Counted from the first letter of the stretch, positions 38,935 to 50,247 are shown. The stretch: 64,000 bases of DNA from an uncultured Acidobacteriota bacterium (GCA_963822445.1 CAWGHO010000002.1:1760001-1824000), one strand, 5' to 3'. Notes: generated by a model not told the origin, from the sequence alone. Numbers and translations: made by a program.

Positions 38935-41046
38935 CGGGAGGCGCGCAGCGCCGAGGGCCGGGGGCTGCAGGGCCTCGTTGTAGTCCAGAGGCAGGAAAAG
39001 GCTGAACGTGGAGCCGAGGCCGGGCGTCGATTGGACCTCGATCTTGCCGCGGTGCAGCTCGACGAAATTGCGGGTGAGGGAGAGGCCGAGGCCGGTGCCG
39101 CCTTTGCGGGCGCGGCGGCCGTCTTCGGTCTGGTAGAACTCGACGAAGATCCGCTGCAGCTCGTCCTGAGGGATGCCGATGCCCTGGTCCTTCACGTCGA
39201 TCCGCACCGTTTCCACGCCGATCGGCGAATCCGCGGCCGGCACTCGCTTGCAGGTGATCGCCACCACGCCGCCGTGCGGCGAGAATTTCACGGCATTCGA
39301 AAGGAGGTTGAAGAGGATCTGCTTCAGCCGCCCTTCGTCGAGCCGGACCTGCGGCAGCGACGGGTCGACGCTCGACACGATCTTGATCCGCGCCTCGGCC
39401 GCAAAGCCCTTCATCACCCGCTCGACCGCGGCGAGGGTCTCGCGCAGGTCGAAGAGATCGGTGCGCAGCTCCATCTTCCCCGCTTCGATCTTGGAGAGGT
39501 CGAGGATGTCGTTGATCAGCTCCAGCAGGTGATTGCCGGCCGCGTGGATGTTCTCGAGGAAGCGATGCATCCGCTGTTGCATCACGCCGCGCGCTGACTC
39601 GATCAGCACGCTGGAGAAACCGATGATCGAGTTCAGCGGCGTGCGCAACTCGTGGGACATGTTCGCCAGGAACTGATTCTTCGACCGATCGGCGGCGAGG
39701 AGGCGCAGGTTGGTCTCGCGCAGCTCGTTCGTGCGCTCCATGACGCGCTGTTCCAGCGCGTAGGTCAATCCTTCGAGATCGCGATAGAGGTAGGCGTTCT
39801 CGATGGCCACCGCGGCCTGATTGGCGATCGCGGTCAGGAGGATCAGGTCGTCGGCGGTGAACGCGTTTTTGCGGTAGCTCTCGACGGAGATTACGCCGAT
39901 GACGCGATCGCGGGCGATCATCGGGACACCGAGCCACGACTCGGTCGGCTTGGTATCCGCGACCGACTGCAACCCGAATCGCCGCTCCTCGGCCAGGCTC
40001 GCGAGCAGCAGCGGCTGATGGCGGGTCACGACCCAGGAGTTGAGCCCTTCGCCGACGGCAATGCGCTCTTTCGGCAGGATCACGTCATTGCGCACGTCGA
40101 GCTCGAACGACAGTTCGTTCGCGGACTCGTCGAGCAGGGCGATGGAGAAGAGCGAGCAGTCGATGACGGCCTTGCATTCTTTGTAAATCGCCATGAGCAA
40201 CTCGTCGGTCGTGAAGCGGAGGGAGATCGTCTTACCGATCGAGGTGAGTGACGCGAGCCGCTGCACGACCTGCTCGCTGTTCGCGCGGGTCAGGGCGAGG
40301 CTGCGGGCGATGTAGTTGCCCATCGCGCCGGTGAACGCGAGCGCGAGGACGGCGCCCCAGCCGAGCGCGTGATACGAGAGCGCCGTCACGACGGCGTAGG
40401 GCAGCGTCAGCAGATAAATCGACGCATCGATGACATCGAGCCTGGCGATCTTCTGCAGCGAGTAGCCGTACGCGCGCGCCGGACGGAACATGATCAGCAG
40501 GTTCGTGCCGATCATCACCAGCCCGCAGAGCGCGATCAGCGCCGCCGATCGAACGGTCGATTCACTGACCGGCACCGTGCCGCCGAGCCAGCTGTAAAGA
40601 GTGCCGGCGAGAGCGACCGGGATGCCGTACGTTCCGAAGAGGCCGAACGTGCGGGCCAGCTCAGTGCGGCGATCGCGCGCGATGCCGGCCGTCGGCCCGA
40701 TTGATCGCATTCCCAGGATGCGCGTGACCATCGCTACGGTGACCGCGAGCCAGGAGGTAATCACCACGCCGAGAAGCGGCGCGAAGACGAAGTAGGCGGT
40801 CATGCTCAGCGAGACGAAGATCAGGTCGGTGAGCTCGAACTTCATCAGCGCCAGGATCATGGCGAAGACGATGAAGATGGCGATGAGGATCGGCGCGTCG
40901 GTGCCGAGAGTGCGGAGGATCCGGACCGTTTCGTCGCGGCGGAGCCAGGTCAGCCAGAGAACGACGCCGAGTCCGGCCACACCTTGGACCAGAAACACCG
41001 TGATCACGCGCCGCCGCGCGTCCGAAACGGGGTCGCCAGTCGCCAT
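38917..41046 (-). CDS. Membrane GAF-domain sensor histidine kinase
   Basis: Multi-TM N-terminus, GAF (SWLGVPM), H-box FLANMSHELRTPLN, N/G boxes NLLSNAVKF and GTGLGL. Confidence 0.92.
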   Translation of the reverse strand: MATGDPVSDARRRVITVFLVQGVAGLGVVLWLTWLRRDETVRILRTLGTDAPILIAIFIVFAMILALMKFELTDLIFVSLSMTAYFVFAPLLGVVITSWLAVTVAMVTRILGMRSIGPTAGIARDRRTELARTFGLFGTYGIPVALAGTLYSWLGGTVPVSESTVRSAALIALCGLVMIGTNLLIMFRPARAYGYSLQKIARLDVIDASIYLLTLPYAVVTALSYHALGWGAVLALAFTGAMGNYIARSLALTRANSEQVVQRLASLTSIGKTISLRFTTDELLMAIYKECKAVIDCSLFSIALLDESANELSFELDVRNDVILPKERIAVGEGLNSWVVTRHQPLLLASLAEERRFGLQSVADTKPTESWLGVPMIARDRVIGVISVESYRKNAFTADDLILLTAIANQAAVAIENAYLYRDLEGLTYALEQRVMERTNELRETNLRLLAADRSKNQFLANMSHELRTPLNSIIGFSSVLIESARGVMQQRMHRFLENIHAAGNHLLELINDILDLSKIEAGKMELRTDLFDLRETLAAVERVMKGFAAEARIKIVSSVDPSLPQVRLDEGRLKQILFNLLSNAVKFSPHGGVVAITCKRVPAADSPIGVETVRIDVKDQGIGIPQDELQRIFVEFYQTEDGRRARKGGTGLGLSLTRNFVELHRGKIEVQSTPGLGSTFSLFLPLDYNEALQPPALGAARLPVGSRQ

Positions 41047-41075
41047 GGGAGTGAACGGATGGTACCGCTAACGGC

Positions 41076-42062
41076 TCAGATGCGGGTGATGACCAGACCG
41101 TCACGGCGCTCGTACTTCGCGTCCGCGGGGATGGCGGAATCGTCGAGGCTGATCAGCGCGCCGTTCAGCTCGAGCGGGCCTTTGACGGTGACGCCGTGCG
41201 CGACGATGCACCGTTCCAGCCGCACCTTCTCGCCGATGTTGCAGTCCTCCCAGACCGCGCAATCGCGAAGTTGGCCATCGACGACGCTGCGCGCGCCGAC
41301 GGTCGAGCGCTCCACCGTTCCGTGAATGCGCGAGTCCTGGGCGATAGCCGCCGGTTTGGCGACGTCGGCCGCGAGCAGGCCGAGCATGGCCGAGAGGTAG
41401 CGCTGCGGCGTGCCGATGTCGAACCACAAGCCGTCGTCGACGATCCCGCCGAGCGTTTCCGTTCCGGCATCGAGCAGCGGCTGGTAGACCTCGTCGACGA
41501 TTCCCGAGAATTCCTTGTCGGGCAGGTAACGAAAAATGCGCGAGCTGATGACGTGCGAGCCGGAGAACATCAGCGCCTCGCCGCCACCCTTGCCGAAGCC
41601 GGTCACCAGTCCGTTGTCGAGGAACACGGGCGTGAAGCGGTCGTGCGCCGGTGGGTGGCGGAGGGTAATTGCAGCGAGGGAATCACGCTTGCGGCGCGCC
41701 TCGACGAGCTCGTTCCACCGCGGAAACTGCACGGTGTCGCCGTTCACCAGAAAGAACTCGGGCTCATTCTCGAGCTGCGGCCGCACGCGTCGCACACCGC
41801 CGCCCGTGCCGAGGATCTCTTGTTCGAAGGAGAAGTGGAATGTTGCCCGCCCTTCATAGCAAGCGATCAGATACCGCTCAAGCGCCTCGGGCAGATGATG
41901 CAGATTGACGATGATCTCGTTCGTCCCCGCGGCGAGCAGCGAGTCAACGGCCCAGGCGATGAGCGGCTTGTTGAGCAGCGGCACCATCGGCTTGGGCAAG
42001 GTGTAGGTGACGGGCCGGAATCGGGTGCCGAATCCGGCGGCGAGGATCATGGATTTGGTCAT
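41076..42062 (-). CDS. Sugar-phosphate nucleotidyltransferase (NDP-sugar synthase family)
   Basis: ILAAGFGTRFRP...PKPM, LGTGGG, NGD, WFDIGT; short beta-helix-like tail. Confidence 0.88.
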   Translation of the reverse strand: MTKSMILAAGFGTRFRPVTYTLPKPMVPLLNKPLIAWAVDSLLAAGTNEIIVNLHHLPEALERYLIACYEGRATFHFSFEQEILGTGGGVRRVRPQLENEPEFFLVNGDTVQFPRWNELVEARRKRDSLAAITLRHPPAHDRFTPVFLDNGLVTGFGKGGGEALMFSGSHVISSRIFRYLPDKEFSGIVDEVYQPLLDAGTETLGGIVDDGLWFDIGTPQRYLSAMLGLLAADVAKPAAIAQDSRIHGTVERSTVGARSVVDGQLRDCAVWEDCNIGEKVRLERCIVAHGVTVKGPLELNGALISLDDSAIPADAKYERRDGLVITRI

Positions 42063-42509
42063 GGCGTAGCACTCTTGCTGCAACTCGCCAACCAACTCGC
42101 GGAGAGGATTGACGCCAGTCGCACGCACCGGAATCGCGGGTCAAAGCAGTAACGCACCGCACTATTGGGACAAAAAGCGCCCGTGAACGTCCTTGCGATA
42201 AGGAGTGAGGAACGCGCATCTTTCCGTGATGCTGTAAGTGGCCGGCATCGATGTACTTTTGAAGAAACCGTACGTTTGCCTCGACCTGATCACGCAGCAA
42301 CCCTGAGCCGAAGACGGTGATCAGTGCCGTGTACACGTTGTTGATATCGTCCTCGGTCGGGAAGTGGCGGAGCAATGCGAAGGACCTGGCGTATTTGGCG
42401 GACCTCGCCTGTGGTTGGTGGTCGCTGGTCTCGATGCGAGACGTTGTTCGCTCGCCAGGTCGGTGAAGTTAGACGCTTCAGCCGCTCACAGTCTCGTCAG
42501 TGATGGATC

Positions 42510-43077
42510 CTATTTTCCGCCCAATTCCTCTGGCGCGAACACCATGTGCTCAGGAAGATCAGCGCGTGTGCGGCGGTGTTGTCGGTAAAGATCGAAGTAG
42601 GTCTGGCGTATACCAGCCTCCATACTCATTCCTAACTCGTCCGCGATGGTGCGGATCACCTCTAGTGCGCCTTCGATTTCGAAGTAGTCGCCGATTGGAG
42701 TCCGGTCCAATACGACTTCAACTTCGCGCAATCTCCAGACTTCGCGGAACTTCTGATACCTAAATGTGGGCTTGAATCCCGAGCGCGTCGAGGAGCTGGA
42801 TGGCGAGCTCGAAGCTCTCCACGCCGGTCTGCACCTCGTCGCGTTTCTTGACGTTGCCCTCGAACGCCATCGGCCCTTTGAACGTGGCCAGCGCGTAGCG
42901 GCCGAACTTTCGGACGCGCAGGAGCGCGCCGCGCGTGCGCAACTCTCCGCGGCGGTCGAGCACGATGTTGTCCTCGAACGTCTCCGCGTACAGACGCTGC
43001 GCGCCGAGGTCGTGCAGTTTCTGCACGAGCGCCGCGCGGTCGCGGAGGGGGAATTTGATCTCGATTTCCTGGGCCAT
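42510..43077 (-). CDS. CYTH-domain (class IV adenylate cyclase-like) protein, frameshifted near 42779
   Basis: EIEIKF start, LRVR, TFKGP; the shifted frame continues FRYQKFREVW...LDRTPIGDYFEIEG. Confidence 0.8.
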
Positions 43078-44270
43078 TACGTTCGAAGAACTTCGACGCC
43101 CGGCAAGCTCGCTCCCGAAATGAACTCCAGCGACGCCCCGCCGCCCGTCGAGATGTGGGTGATGCGATCGGCGAAGCCCGAGCCTTTGATTGCTTCGACG
43201 GACTCGCCGCCGCCGACGACGGTGATCGCTTCGGCGTTCGCGACGGCGCGGGCCATGGCTATCGTGCCTTTCGCGAACTCCTCTTTCTCGAAGACGCCCA
43301 TCGGGCCGTTCCAGAAGATCAGTTTCGCGTCGCGGAGCGCGGCCTCGTAATTGGTGATGGTCTTCGGGCCGATGTCGAAGGCTTTCTCTTCGTCCGTGTA
43401 GCCGTCGCTCACATCGGCGTCCCAGTCGATTTCGGTCGGGTTGTCCAGCGAGTCGGCGACGACGAGATCAACGGGCAGGATCAGTTCCGCGCGGTACTCG
43501 CCTTCCATGATCCGCTGCGCGACATCCATCGAATCCTTGTCGACGAGCGACCCGCCCATCGGGACGCCGCGCGCGGCGAGGAACGTGTTGGCCATGCCGC
43601 CGCCGATCAGGACCGTGTCGGCCAGCTTGACCAGCGCTTCGAGGGGCTCGATCTTGCCGGCGATCTTCGCGCCGCCCATCAGCGCTACGAACGGGCGCTC
43701 GGAAATGTCCGTGACTTTCTGCAGGAACTCGATCTCTTTCGCGAGCAGCAGGCCGCCGGCGATGTTCTCTTTCGGGAAGAGCCGCGGCAGCGCATCGATC
43801 GACGCGTGTGCTCGATGCGAGGCGCCGAAGGCGTCGTTCAGATAGAAGTCGGCGAGCTTCTTCAGTTGCTCGGCGAAGGCGGGATTGTTCTTCTCCTCGC
43901 CGGCGTGGAAGCGGAGGTTCTCGAGCAGCAGGACTTCGCCGGCTTTCAGTGCAGCGGCCTTCTTTTCGACGTCCTGGCCCACGCAGTCATCGGCCCATTG
44001 CACGTCGGTCCCGAGCAACTCCGCGAGCTTGTCGCGGACCGGCTTGAGCGAAAACTCGCTGTTGCGCGTGCCTTTCGGGCGGCCGAGGTGGGAGGCGATG
44101 ACGACGGCGGCTCCGGCGCCGCGGAGGAACTGCAGGGTCTTCAGCGTCTCTTCGATGCGGGTCGCGTCGCTGATGGTCGTTCCTTCGAGCGGAACGTTGT
44201 AGTCGACACGATAGAAAACGCGGGAACCGGAGGTGAGCGGGAGACGATCGAGCGTTCTGATACTGATCAT
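43077..44270 (-). CDS. pgk: Phosphoglycerate kinase
   Basis: RVDYNVP, SHLGRP, LENLRF, NGPMGVFE, STGGGASLE. Confidence 0.97.
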   Translation of the reverse strand: MISIRTLDRLPLTSGSRVFYRVDYNVPLEGTTISDATRIEETLKTLQFLRGAGAAVVIASHLGRPKGTRNSEFSLKPVRDKLAELLGTDVQWADDCVGQDVEKKAAALKAGEVLLLENLRFHAGEEKNNPAFAEQLKKLADFYLNDAFGASHRAHASIDALPRLFPKENIAGGLLLAKEIEFLQKVTDISERPFVALMGGAKIAGKIEPLEALVKLADTVLIGGGMANTFLAARGVPMGGSLVDKDSMDVAQRIMEGEYRAELILPVDLVVADSLDNPTEIDWDADVSDGYTDEEKAFDIGPKTITNYEAALRDAKLIFWNGPMGVFEKEEFAKGTIAMARAVANAEAITVVGGGESVEAIKGSGFADRITHISTGGGASLEFISGASLPGVEVLRT

Positions 44271-45292
44271 GCCGGTTGCAGCGACGCTTTCTTCACGCTT
44301 GCGACGTGCGCGATGAGGTCGAGAACGCGGTTCGAGTAGCCCCACTCGTTGTCGTACCAGGCCAGGACCTTGTGCATTTGCGGATTGACCGAGCGGGTGA
44401 AGGTCGTGTCGACGATCGAGGAGTTGGGGTTGTGGTTGAAGTCGATCGAGACCAGCTGCTCGTCGGAGTAGGCGAGGATGCCTTTCAGATCGCCGTTCGC
44501 CGCTTCGCGAATGACGTCGTTGATCTCCTCGACGCTCGTCGACTTCTCGGTGTGAAAGGTGAGGTCGACCAGGGAGACGTTCGGCGTCGGCACGCGGACG
44601 GAGATGCCGTCGAACTTGCCTTTCAGCTCCGGCAGGACGAGGCCGACGGCCTGCGCGGCGCCGGTGCTCGTGGGGATCATCGAAAGTGCCGCGGCGCGTC
44701 CGCGGCGCAGATCCTTGTGCGGGAGATCGAGGATCTCCTGATCGTTCGTGTACGAATGGATGGTGGTCATGATGCCCATGGTGATGCCGAACTTCTGATG
44801 GAGCACCTTGGCCACGGGCGCGAGGCAGTTGGTCGTGCAGGACGCGTTGGAGATCACGGTGTGCTTCGACGGGTCGTACTCGTCTTCGTTGACGCCCATG
44901 CAGAACGTGGCGTCGGCGTCTTTCGACGGCGCGGAGATGATCACCGTGTGCACGCTTTTCTTCAGATGAAGGGAAGCCTTCTCTTTCGTGGTGAAACGTC
45001 CCGAGGACTCGACCACGATCTCCACGCCATGCTGGTCCCAGGGGATGTCCGAAGGGTTGGGCTGGGAGAAGACGCGCAGCTCTTTGCCGTCGATGGTGAT
45101 GCCGTTCGCCGAGGCTTTGACGTCGTTGCTGATCTGGCGGTGGACTGAGTCGTATTTGAGCAGGTAGGCCAGCGTGTCGGGGCCGGTGAGGTCGTTCACC
45201 GCCACGAATTCAATGTCCAGTTTCTTCTCGAGCGCGGCCCGGACCACGTTGCGTCCGATGCGTCCGAATCCATTTACGCCAACCTTCACCAT
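44267..45292 (-). CDS. gap: Glyceraldehyde-3-phosphate dehydrogenase, type I
   Basis: [30 protein letters not shown]. Confidence 0.97.
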   Translation of the reverse strand: MVKVGVNGFGRIGRNVVRAALEKKLDIEFVAVNDLTGPDTLAYLLKYDSVHRQISNDVKASANGITIDGKELRVFSQPNPSDIPWDQHGVEIVVESSGRFTTKEKASLHLKKSVHTVIISAPSKDADATFCMGVNEDEYDPSKHTVISNASCTTNCLAPVAKVLHQKFGITMGIMTTIHSYTNDQEILDLPHKDLRRGRAAALSMIPTSTGAAQAVGLVLPELKGKFDGISVRVPTPNVSLVDLTFHTEKSTSVEEINDVIREAANGDLKGILAYSDEQLVSIDFNHNPNSSIVDTTFTRSVNPQMHKVLAWYDNEWGYSNRVLDLIAHVASVKKASLQPA

Positions 45293-45351
45293 TTCAAGTG
45301 CCTCCGAGAGCGGTCGATATACTACCGCGCGTGATTCCGACTGCGAGTTCC

Positions 45352-46332
45352 ATGCAAGTAACGCCCCTGCGCTGGGACGGTAACTCATTGTTTCTGCTCG
45401 ATCAGCGGCTCCTCCCGCGAGAGGAGAGGTGGCTCGAGTACCGCGATGCATCAGGCGTTGCTGAGGCCATCAAAACCATGGTCGTGCGGGGCGCGCCGGC
45501 CATCGGCGTTGCGGCGGCGTTCGGTATGGCGCTGGCGGCTTTGCGGGGTGATGATTTGAACGTTGCCGCGGAGGAGTTGAAGCGTGCGCGGCCGACGGCG
45601 GTCAATCTGGCCTGGGCTGTCGATCGGATGCTGTCGCAACGCGACGGTGATTTGATCGCCGAGGCTGAAGCGATCAACCGCGAAGACCTCGCCTCCTGCA
45701 TGGCCATCGGCCGCCACGGCGCGGCACTCCTCGGCGCAACCTCCACCGTCCTCACCCACTGCAACGCCGGCGCGCTCGCCACCGCCGGCTACGGCACAGC
45801 CCTCGGCGTGATCCGCGCGGCCATCGAAAGCGGGAAGAAAGTCGCGGTATTCGCCGATGAGACCCGTCCCTACCTCCAGGGCGCGCGGCTGACTGCGTGG
45901 GAGTTGCAGAAGGACGGCATCGACGTCACCCTCATCACCGACAACATGTCCGGCCACTTTTTCCAGGAAGGGAAGTTCGATGCGGTGGTCGTCGGCGCGG
46001 ACCGGATCGCCGCGAACGGCGACGCGGCGAACAAGATCGGGACGTACACCGTGGCCGTGCTCGCGAACGCGCACGGCATTCCTTTCTACGTCGCCGCGCC
46101 GGTCTCGACGATCGATCCCAACTGCCCGAGCGGGAAAGAGATCCCCATCGAAGAGCGAAGCGCGCAGGAAGTCGTGGACATCTTCGGCTCGCGCGTCGCG
46201 CCGGAAGGCATCAACGTGCGCCATCCCGCATTCGACGTCACGCCGGCGCGGTTGATCACGGCGATCATCACCGAGCGCGGCGTGCTGCGCGCGCCCTACG
46301 AGGAGGCCATACGATCGCTCTTTCCCGCCTGA
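45352..46332 (+). CDS. mtnA: Methylthioribose-1-phosphate isomerase
   Basis: [43 protein letters not shown]. Confidence 0.95.
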   Translation: MQVTPLRWDGNSLFLLDQRLLPREERWLEYRDASGVAEAIKTMVVRGAPAIGVAAAFGMALAALRGDDLNVAAEELKRARPTAVNLAWAVDRMLSQRDGDLIAEAEAINREDLASCMAIGRHGAALLGATSTVLTHCNAGALATAGYGTALGVIRAAIESGKKVAVFADETRPYLQGARLTAWELQKDGIDVTLITDNMSGHFFQEGKFDAVVVGADRIAANGDAANKIGTYTVAVLANAHGIPFYVAAPVSTIDPNCPSGKEIPIEERSAQEVVDIFGSRVAPEGINVRHPAFDVTPARLITAIITERGVLRAPYEEAIRSLFPA

Positions 46333-46739
46333 TCGCCGCGCTCTGGTTCGGCAGCGCTGTCTTCCTGATGCTCGCCGCCTCGGCGGCTTTCCGCTCGTCG
46401 CCGAATTCGACTGTGGCCGCGGACGTCGTCGGCGCGATGCTCAATCGCTGGCACTACATCGCCCTCGCCGCGCCGCTGGTGTTGTTCGCGCTCGAAATGC
46501 GACACGCCCGGCGTCTCGTGCTGATCGTCCTGTTCGCCGCGACCGTGATCGCCGCCGCGCAGACGTTCGTCGATCTGCGCATCCGCTCGATCCGCACTTC
46601 CTCGGCGGTGGCGATGTCCGACTTACCGAAGACGGATCCGCTGCGGCGCCGCTTCGGCGCGTTGCATGGCGTGTCGATGATGCTGCTGCTCGCGCAGGCG
46701 ATCGCGGCCGCGGTGGTCGTTGCGGCGCGCGATCGCTAA
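46329..46739 (+). CDS. DUF4149-like membrane protein (start uncertain)
   Basis: ALWFGS...AFR...[11 protein letters not shown] pattern; no canonical start found. Confidence 0.55.
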   Translation: MIAALWFGSAVFLMLAASAAFRSSPNSTVAADVVGAMLNRWHYIALAAPLVLFALEMRHARRLVLIVLFAATVIAAAQTFVDLRIRSIRTSSAVAMSDLPKTDPLRRRFGALHGVSMMLLLAQAIAAAVVVAARDR

Positions 46740-47476
46740 CAACCGCACACGCCTCCGTGATTGCTGCAGCAGCCTCGCTTGTCCGCGCAGTTCGTGCAGG
46801 TGGGCGAGCGCGTGCCGTCACAGCATCGCAGATAGCCGCTGCCTGGCGGCGGTGGTGGCGGAGGCGGAGGCGGATTCGAAGTGCTCCGCTCGACGATCAC
46901 GCTGGCAGAGCGCGCGACGGTGAAGCCGCACTTGCCGGTGCACTGGAGGAGGATGCCGTCGGTACCCGCGATCGTCGGGCTGTACGTCGCGGTATCGCTT
47001 CCGATTCCGCTGTCGGGGAAGATCGAATTTCCGAGCGCCGACGTAGCAACCCAATGAGCGTTGTCGGAAACCGTGAACTGCAACGTCGCACTATTGCCCT
47101 CGCGGATCGTAGTCGGTGCCGAGATCAACGCGATTGGTGGTGCGGGCGTCTCCACCGCGACCGTCGCATCGACGCCGCGGCCGCAGGAGTTGATCGCGTA
47201 CGCGCTGAACGTCCGCCGCCCGTTCGTGATCCGCGTTGAGCCGGTGCTCGAGAGATTGTTGCCCACGCCTTCGATCGTCACGATCGCGCTTCGATCCACC
47301 GTGTGCCAGGAAAGCATCACCGACTCAGCAGGACACGCAACGCGCGGGCTGACCGACAGCGTCAATGTCGGCGCGGCGCAGGGCGCCGACCGAACGGAAC
47401 GCCGTCGCGCACCGATCCCGAACGTGACGGCGACGACGGCGAGAACGAGCGCGAGTGCGGTCCTGTGCGTCCCCAT
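46736..47476 (-). CDS. Secreted protein with C-terminal Cys-rich (DUF3761-like) domain
   Basis: Signal peptide, beta-rich body, poly-Pro linker, CCDGTRSPTC...GCCSNHGGVC. Confidence 0.65.
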   Translation of the reverse strand: MGTHRTALALVLAVVAVTFGIGARRRSVRSAPCAAPTLTLSVSPRVACPAESVMLSWHTVDRSAIVTIEGVGNNLSSTGSTRITNGRRTFSAYAINSCGRGVDATVAVETPAPPIALISAPTTIREGNSATLQFTVSDNAHWVATSALGNSIFPDSGIGSDTATYSPTIAGTDGILLQCTGKCGFTVARSASVIVERSTSNPPPPPPPPPPGSGYLRCCDGTRSPTCTNCADKRGCCSNHGGVCGC

Positions 47477-47512
47477 ACTGATCAGGGACACCAGGACGGT
47501 GAATTTGTGGCG

Positions 47513-48886
47513 CTACGCCACCGCCACCATGTTGCCGTCGATGTCGATCTCGCTGACCGGAAGGCCGAGGGTGCCGAGGGGCTCGCGGATGTCCCTCGCG
47601 TTTCCGACGATTACGATCAGTAGGCGGTCGGGATCGAGATACTTCTGCGCCACGCGGGCAATGTCTTCGCGAGTGACGTTGGCGATGTTCTCGCGGTACT
47701 TGTCGAAGTAATTCTCGGGCAACCCGTACAGCTCCATGTCCACGAGACGGCTGGCGATGTCGGACGCGGTCTGCACGAGCGCCGGGAAGACGCCGATCAG
47801 GTAGTTCTTCGTGTCGTCCATCTCCCGGTCTTCGATGTCGCCGGTGCGGATGCGGCGCAGCTCCTCGATCATTTCGGAGACTGATTCGCGCGTGACTTCG
47901 TTACGCACCGGCGCGGCCACGACGAACGGGCCGGCCTGCCGCCGGAACGCGAACTGCGATCGCGCGCCGTACGTGTAGCCATGCTTCTCGCGCAGATTGA
48001 GATTGATGCGCGAGTTGAAGACGCCGCCGAAGATAGCGTTCATCACCGACAGCGGGAAGTAGTCCTCGCAGGAGCGGGGAACGCCTATGTGGCCCACGCG
48101 GATCTCGGACTGCACGGCCTGGGGGCGATCGACGACGTAGATGCGGCTCACGTCGATGTTGTTCGGGGACACGGTCGGCCGCGGCGGCTCCGTGCGCGAA
48201 GTCCAGTTGCCGAGCGCTTTCGTGACCAGTTCGATGGCCTGATGGCGGTCGATGTCGCCGCTGATCACCACCGAGCTGTTGTTCGGAATGAAGTGCTCTT
48301 CGTAAAAGCGCTTCACATCAGCGAGCGTGATTCGGGCGACGCTGTCGGGATTTCCGCTGACGGAATTGCCATACGCGCCCGTCCCGTAGAGCAGGTTGGC
48401 GAAGCGCTTTCCGGCGATCGCGGCCGGTTCGTTGCGTTGCTGGAGGAGGTCGTTCAGCCGCTCGGCGCGAACGCGCTCCAGCCCGTCCTCCGGCAACGTC
48501 GCGCGAGCGCTGACGTCGCCGAAGATCTCGATCGACGGCTCGGCGTTGCGGCTCAGGACATCGAGGGAGATGTACGACGCATCCCAGTCAGCGCCCGTCC
48601 CAAGAGACGCGCCGAGCAGCCCCACATCCTCGGCCAGCTTGATCGCGTCGCGCGACCCGGCGCCTTCGTCGAGAAGATCCGCGGTGACCGAGGCCAGGCC
48701 GGCGGTGTTTGCGTCGTCGTGATCGGCGCCGGAGCGCACGAGGCCGCGAATGGAAACGAGCGGCGCGTTGTGGTTCTCGGCGACGAGGATTCGCAGGCCG
48801 TTGGGCAGCGTGGCACGGGCGATGTGCGGAAAGTTGTACGGGCGAGGCTCGGAAGGAAGCGGCGCGTTCGCGCGATCGACGGTCAT
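47513..48886 (-). CDS. M16 peptidase family protein, non-catalytic subunit
   Basis: LPNGLRI, LREKHGYTYG; no HxxEH motif. Confidence 0.88.
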   Translation of the reverse strand: MTVDRANAPLPSEPRPYNFPHIARATLPNGLRILVAENHNAPLVSIRGLVRSGADHDDANTAGLASVTADLLDEGAGSRDAIKLAEDVGLLGASLGTGADWDASYISLDVLSRNAEPSIEIFGDVSARATLPEDGLERVRAERLNDLLQQRNEPAAIAGKRFANLLYGTGAYGNSVSGNPDSVARITLADVKRFYEEHFIPNNSSVVISGDIDRHQAIELVTKALGNWTSRTEPPRPTVSPNNIDVSRIYVVDRPQAVQSEIRVGHIGVPRSCEDYFPLSVMNAIFGGVFNSRINLNLREKHGYTYGARSQFAFRRQAGPFVVAAPVRNEVTRESVSEMIEELRRIRTGDIEDREMDDTKNYLIGVFPALVQTASDIASRLVDMELYGLPENYFDKYRENIANVTREDIARVAQKYLDPDRLLIVIVGNARDIREPLGTLGLPVSEIDIDGNMVAVA

Positions 48887-50145
48887 GCCGCGCTCCGATC
48901 GGGTACGAAGAGGCTGGTCACGCGATTCTCCGGAATGAGGTACTTGCGCGCGACGTGGGCGAGATCGTCGGCCGTCGCTGAGCGATAGGGATCGAGCCAG
49001 CGCTCGATGAGATGCGGATCGTCGAAGTAGGTCGACATCATGCCCAGGAGGTCGGCGCGTGCGTCGAAGGTCTCCAGTTGATGCGCATAATCGACTTCCG
49101 CACGATTCTTCGCCCGCGTCAGCTCATCCTCGGAGATCCCGGAAACGGCCACGTTCGCAATCTCTTCATCGATCGCCGATTCGATCGCTTCGATGGTCAC
49201 GCCTTCGCGCGCCGTGGCCTGCAGCAGCAGCAGTCCCGTCGCTTCGGTCGGCAGCACGTACATGGCCACATCCTGGGCGATCTGTTTTTCGTGCACGAGG
49301 ATGCGATCGAGACGGCTCGCTTTGTCGGAGGCGAGGATGGTGCTGAGGAGGTCACTGTGGATCCAGTCCCGCTCGCCCATCTTCGGCAGGTGATAGAGCC
49401 GGTAGATGCGCGGGAGCTGGACCGGTGACTCGAACGTCTCGCGCTTTTCGTGAGAGGCGGGCGTGCGCGTCGCTTCGAATTTCGGGAACGAGCCGCCGGG
49501 CTGGATGTCGGAGAAGTACTGGTCGACGAGTCGCTTCGCTTCGTCAGGCGAGAAGTCGCCGACGATCGTCAAGGTCGCGTTGTCGGGGCGATACCAGGTC
49601 GCGAAGAACTCGCGGATGTCGTCGAGCGATGCCGCGCCGAGGTCTTCCATCGAGCCGATGGTCGGCCAGTGGTAGGAGTACTCGGGATCGAACGCGAGAT
49701 GCAGCAGGCGCTCGAAGGCCGTGCCGTACGGAACGTTGTCGTAGCGCTGCCGCCGCTCTTCCTTGACGACCTCGCGCTGTATGTCGAGCTTCTCCTGAGT
49801 CAGCGCGGGGAGAAAGAAGCCCATGCGATCGGACTCGAGCCAGAGGCCGAGGGCGAGGTAATTGGAGGGAAGGGTCTCGAAGTAGTTGGTGCGGTCGAAG
49901 AAGGTCGTGCCATTGAGCACGCCGCCGACCGACTGCACGTAGCGGAAATGCTCGTTGTTGCCGACGTGCTCGGAGCCGGAAAAGAGCATGTGCTCGAACA
50001 GGTGCGCGAAGCCGGTGCGGCCGGGCCGCTCGTTCTTCGAGCCGACGTGGTACCAGAGGTTGACGGCGACGAGCGGGGCGGAGTGGTCTTCGTTCAGGAC
50101 GACGCGGAGGCCGTTGTCTAGTTTGTAAGTGTCGAGCGAGAGCAT
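48883..50145 (-). CDS. M16 (pitrilysin) peptidase, catalytic subunit
   Basis: GFAHLFEH inverted zinc motif, EERR. Confidence 0.92.
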   Translation of the reverse strand: MLSLDTYKLDNGLRVVLNEDHSAPLVAVNLWYHVGSKNERPGRTGFAHLFEHMLFSGSEHVGNNEHFRYVQSVGGVLNGTTFFDRTNYFETLPSNYLALGLWLESDRMGFFLPALTQEKLDIQREVVKEERRQRYDNVPYGTAFERLLHLAFDPEYSYHWPTIGSMEDLGAASLDDIREFFATWYRPDNATLTIVGDFSPDEAKRLVDQYFSDIQPGGSFPKFEATRTPASHEKRETFESPVQLPRIYRLYHLPKMGERDWIHSDLLSTILASDKASRLDRILVHEKQIAQDVAMYVLPTEATGLLLLQATAREGVTIEAIESAIDEEIANVAVSGISEDELTRAKNRAEVDYAHQLETFDARADLLGMMSTYFDDPHLIERWLDPYRSATADDLAHVARKYLIPENRVTSLFVPDRSAA

Positions 50146-50166
50146 CGGTCGGGGTTTTTATCACGA

Positions 50167-50247
50167 GGAGTCGCAAAGTCTCAGAGTCTCAAAGTCTCAA
50201 AGGAGGTTCTTCTCTGCGACTTTGCGACTTTGAGACTCTGAGACTCC
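50167..50247. repeat. Inverted arrays of octamer AGTC(T/G)CA(A/G)
   Basis: GAGTCGCAAAGTCTCAGAGTCTCAAAGTCTCAAAG ... CTCTGCGACTTTGCGACTTTGAGACTCTGAGACTC. Confidence 0.75.
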
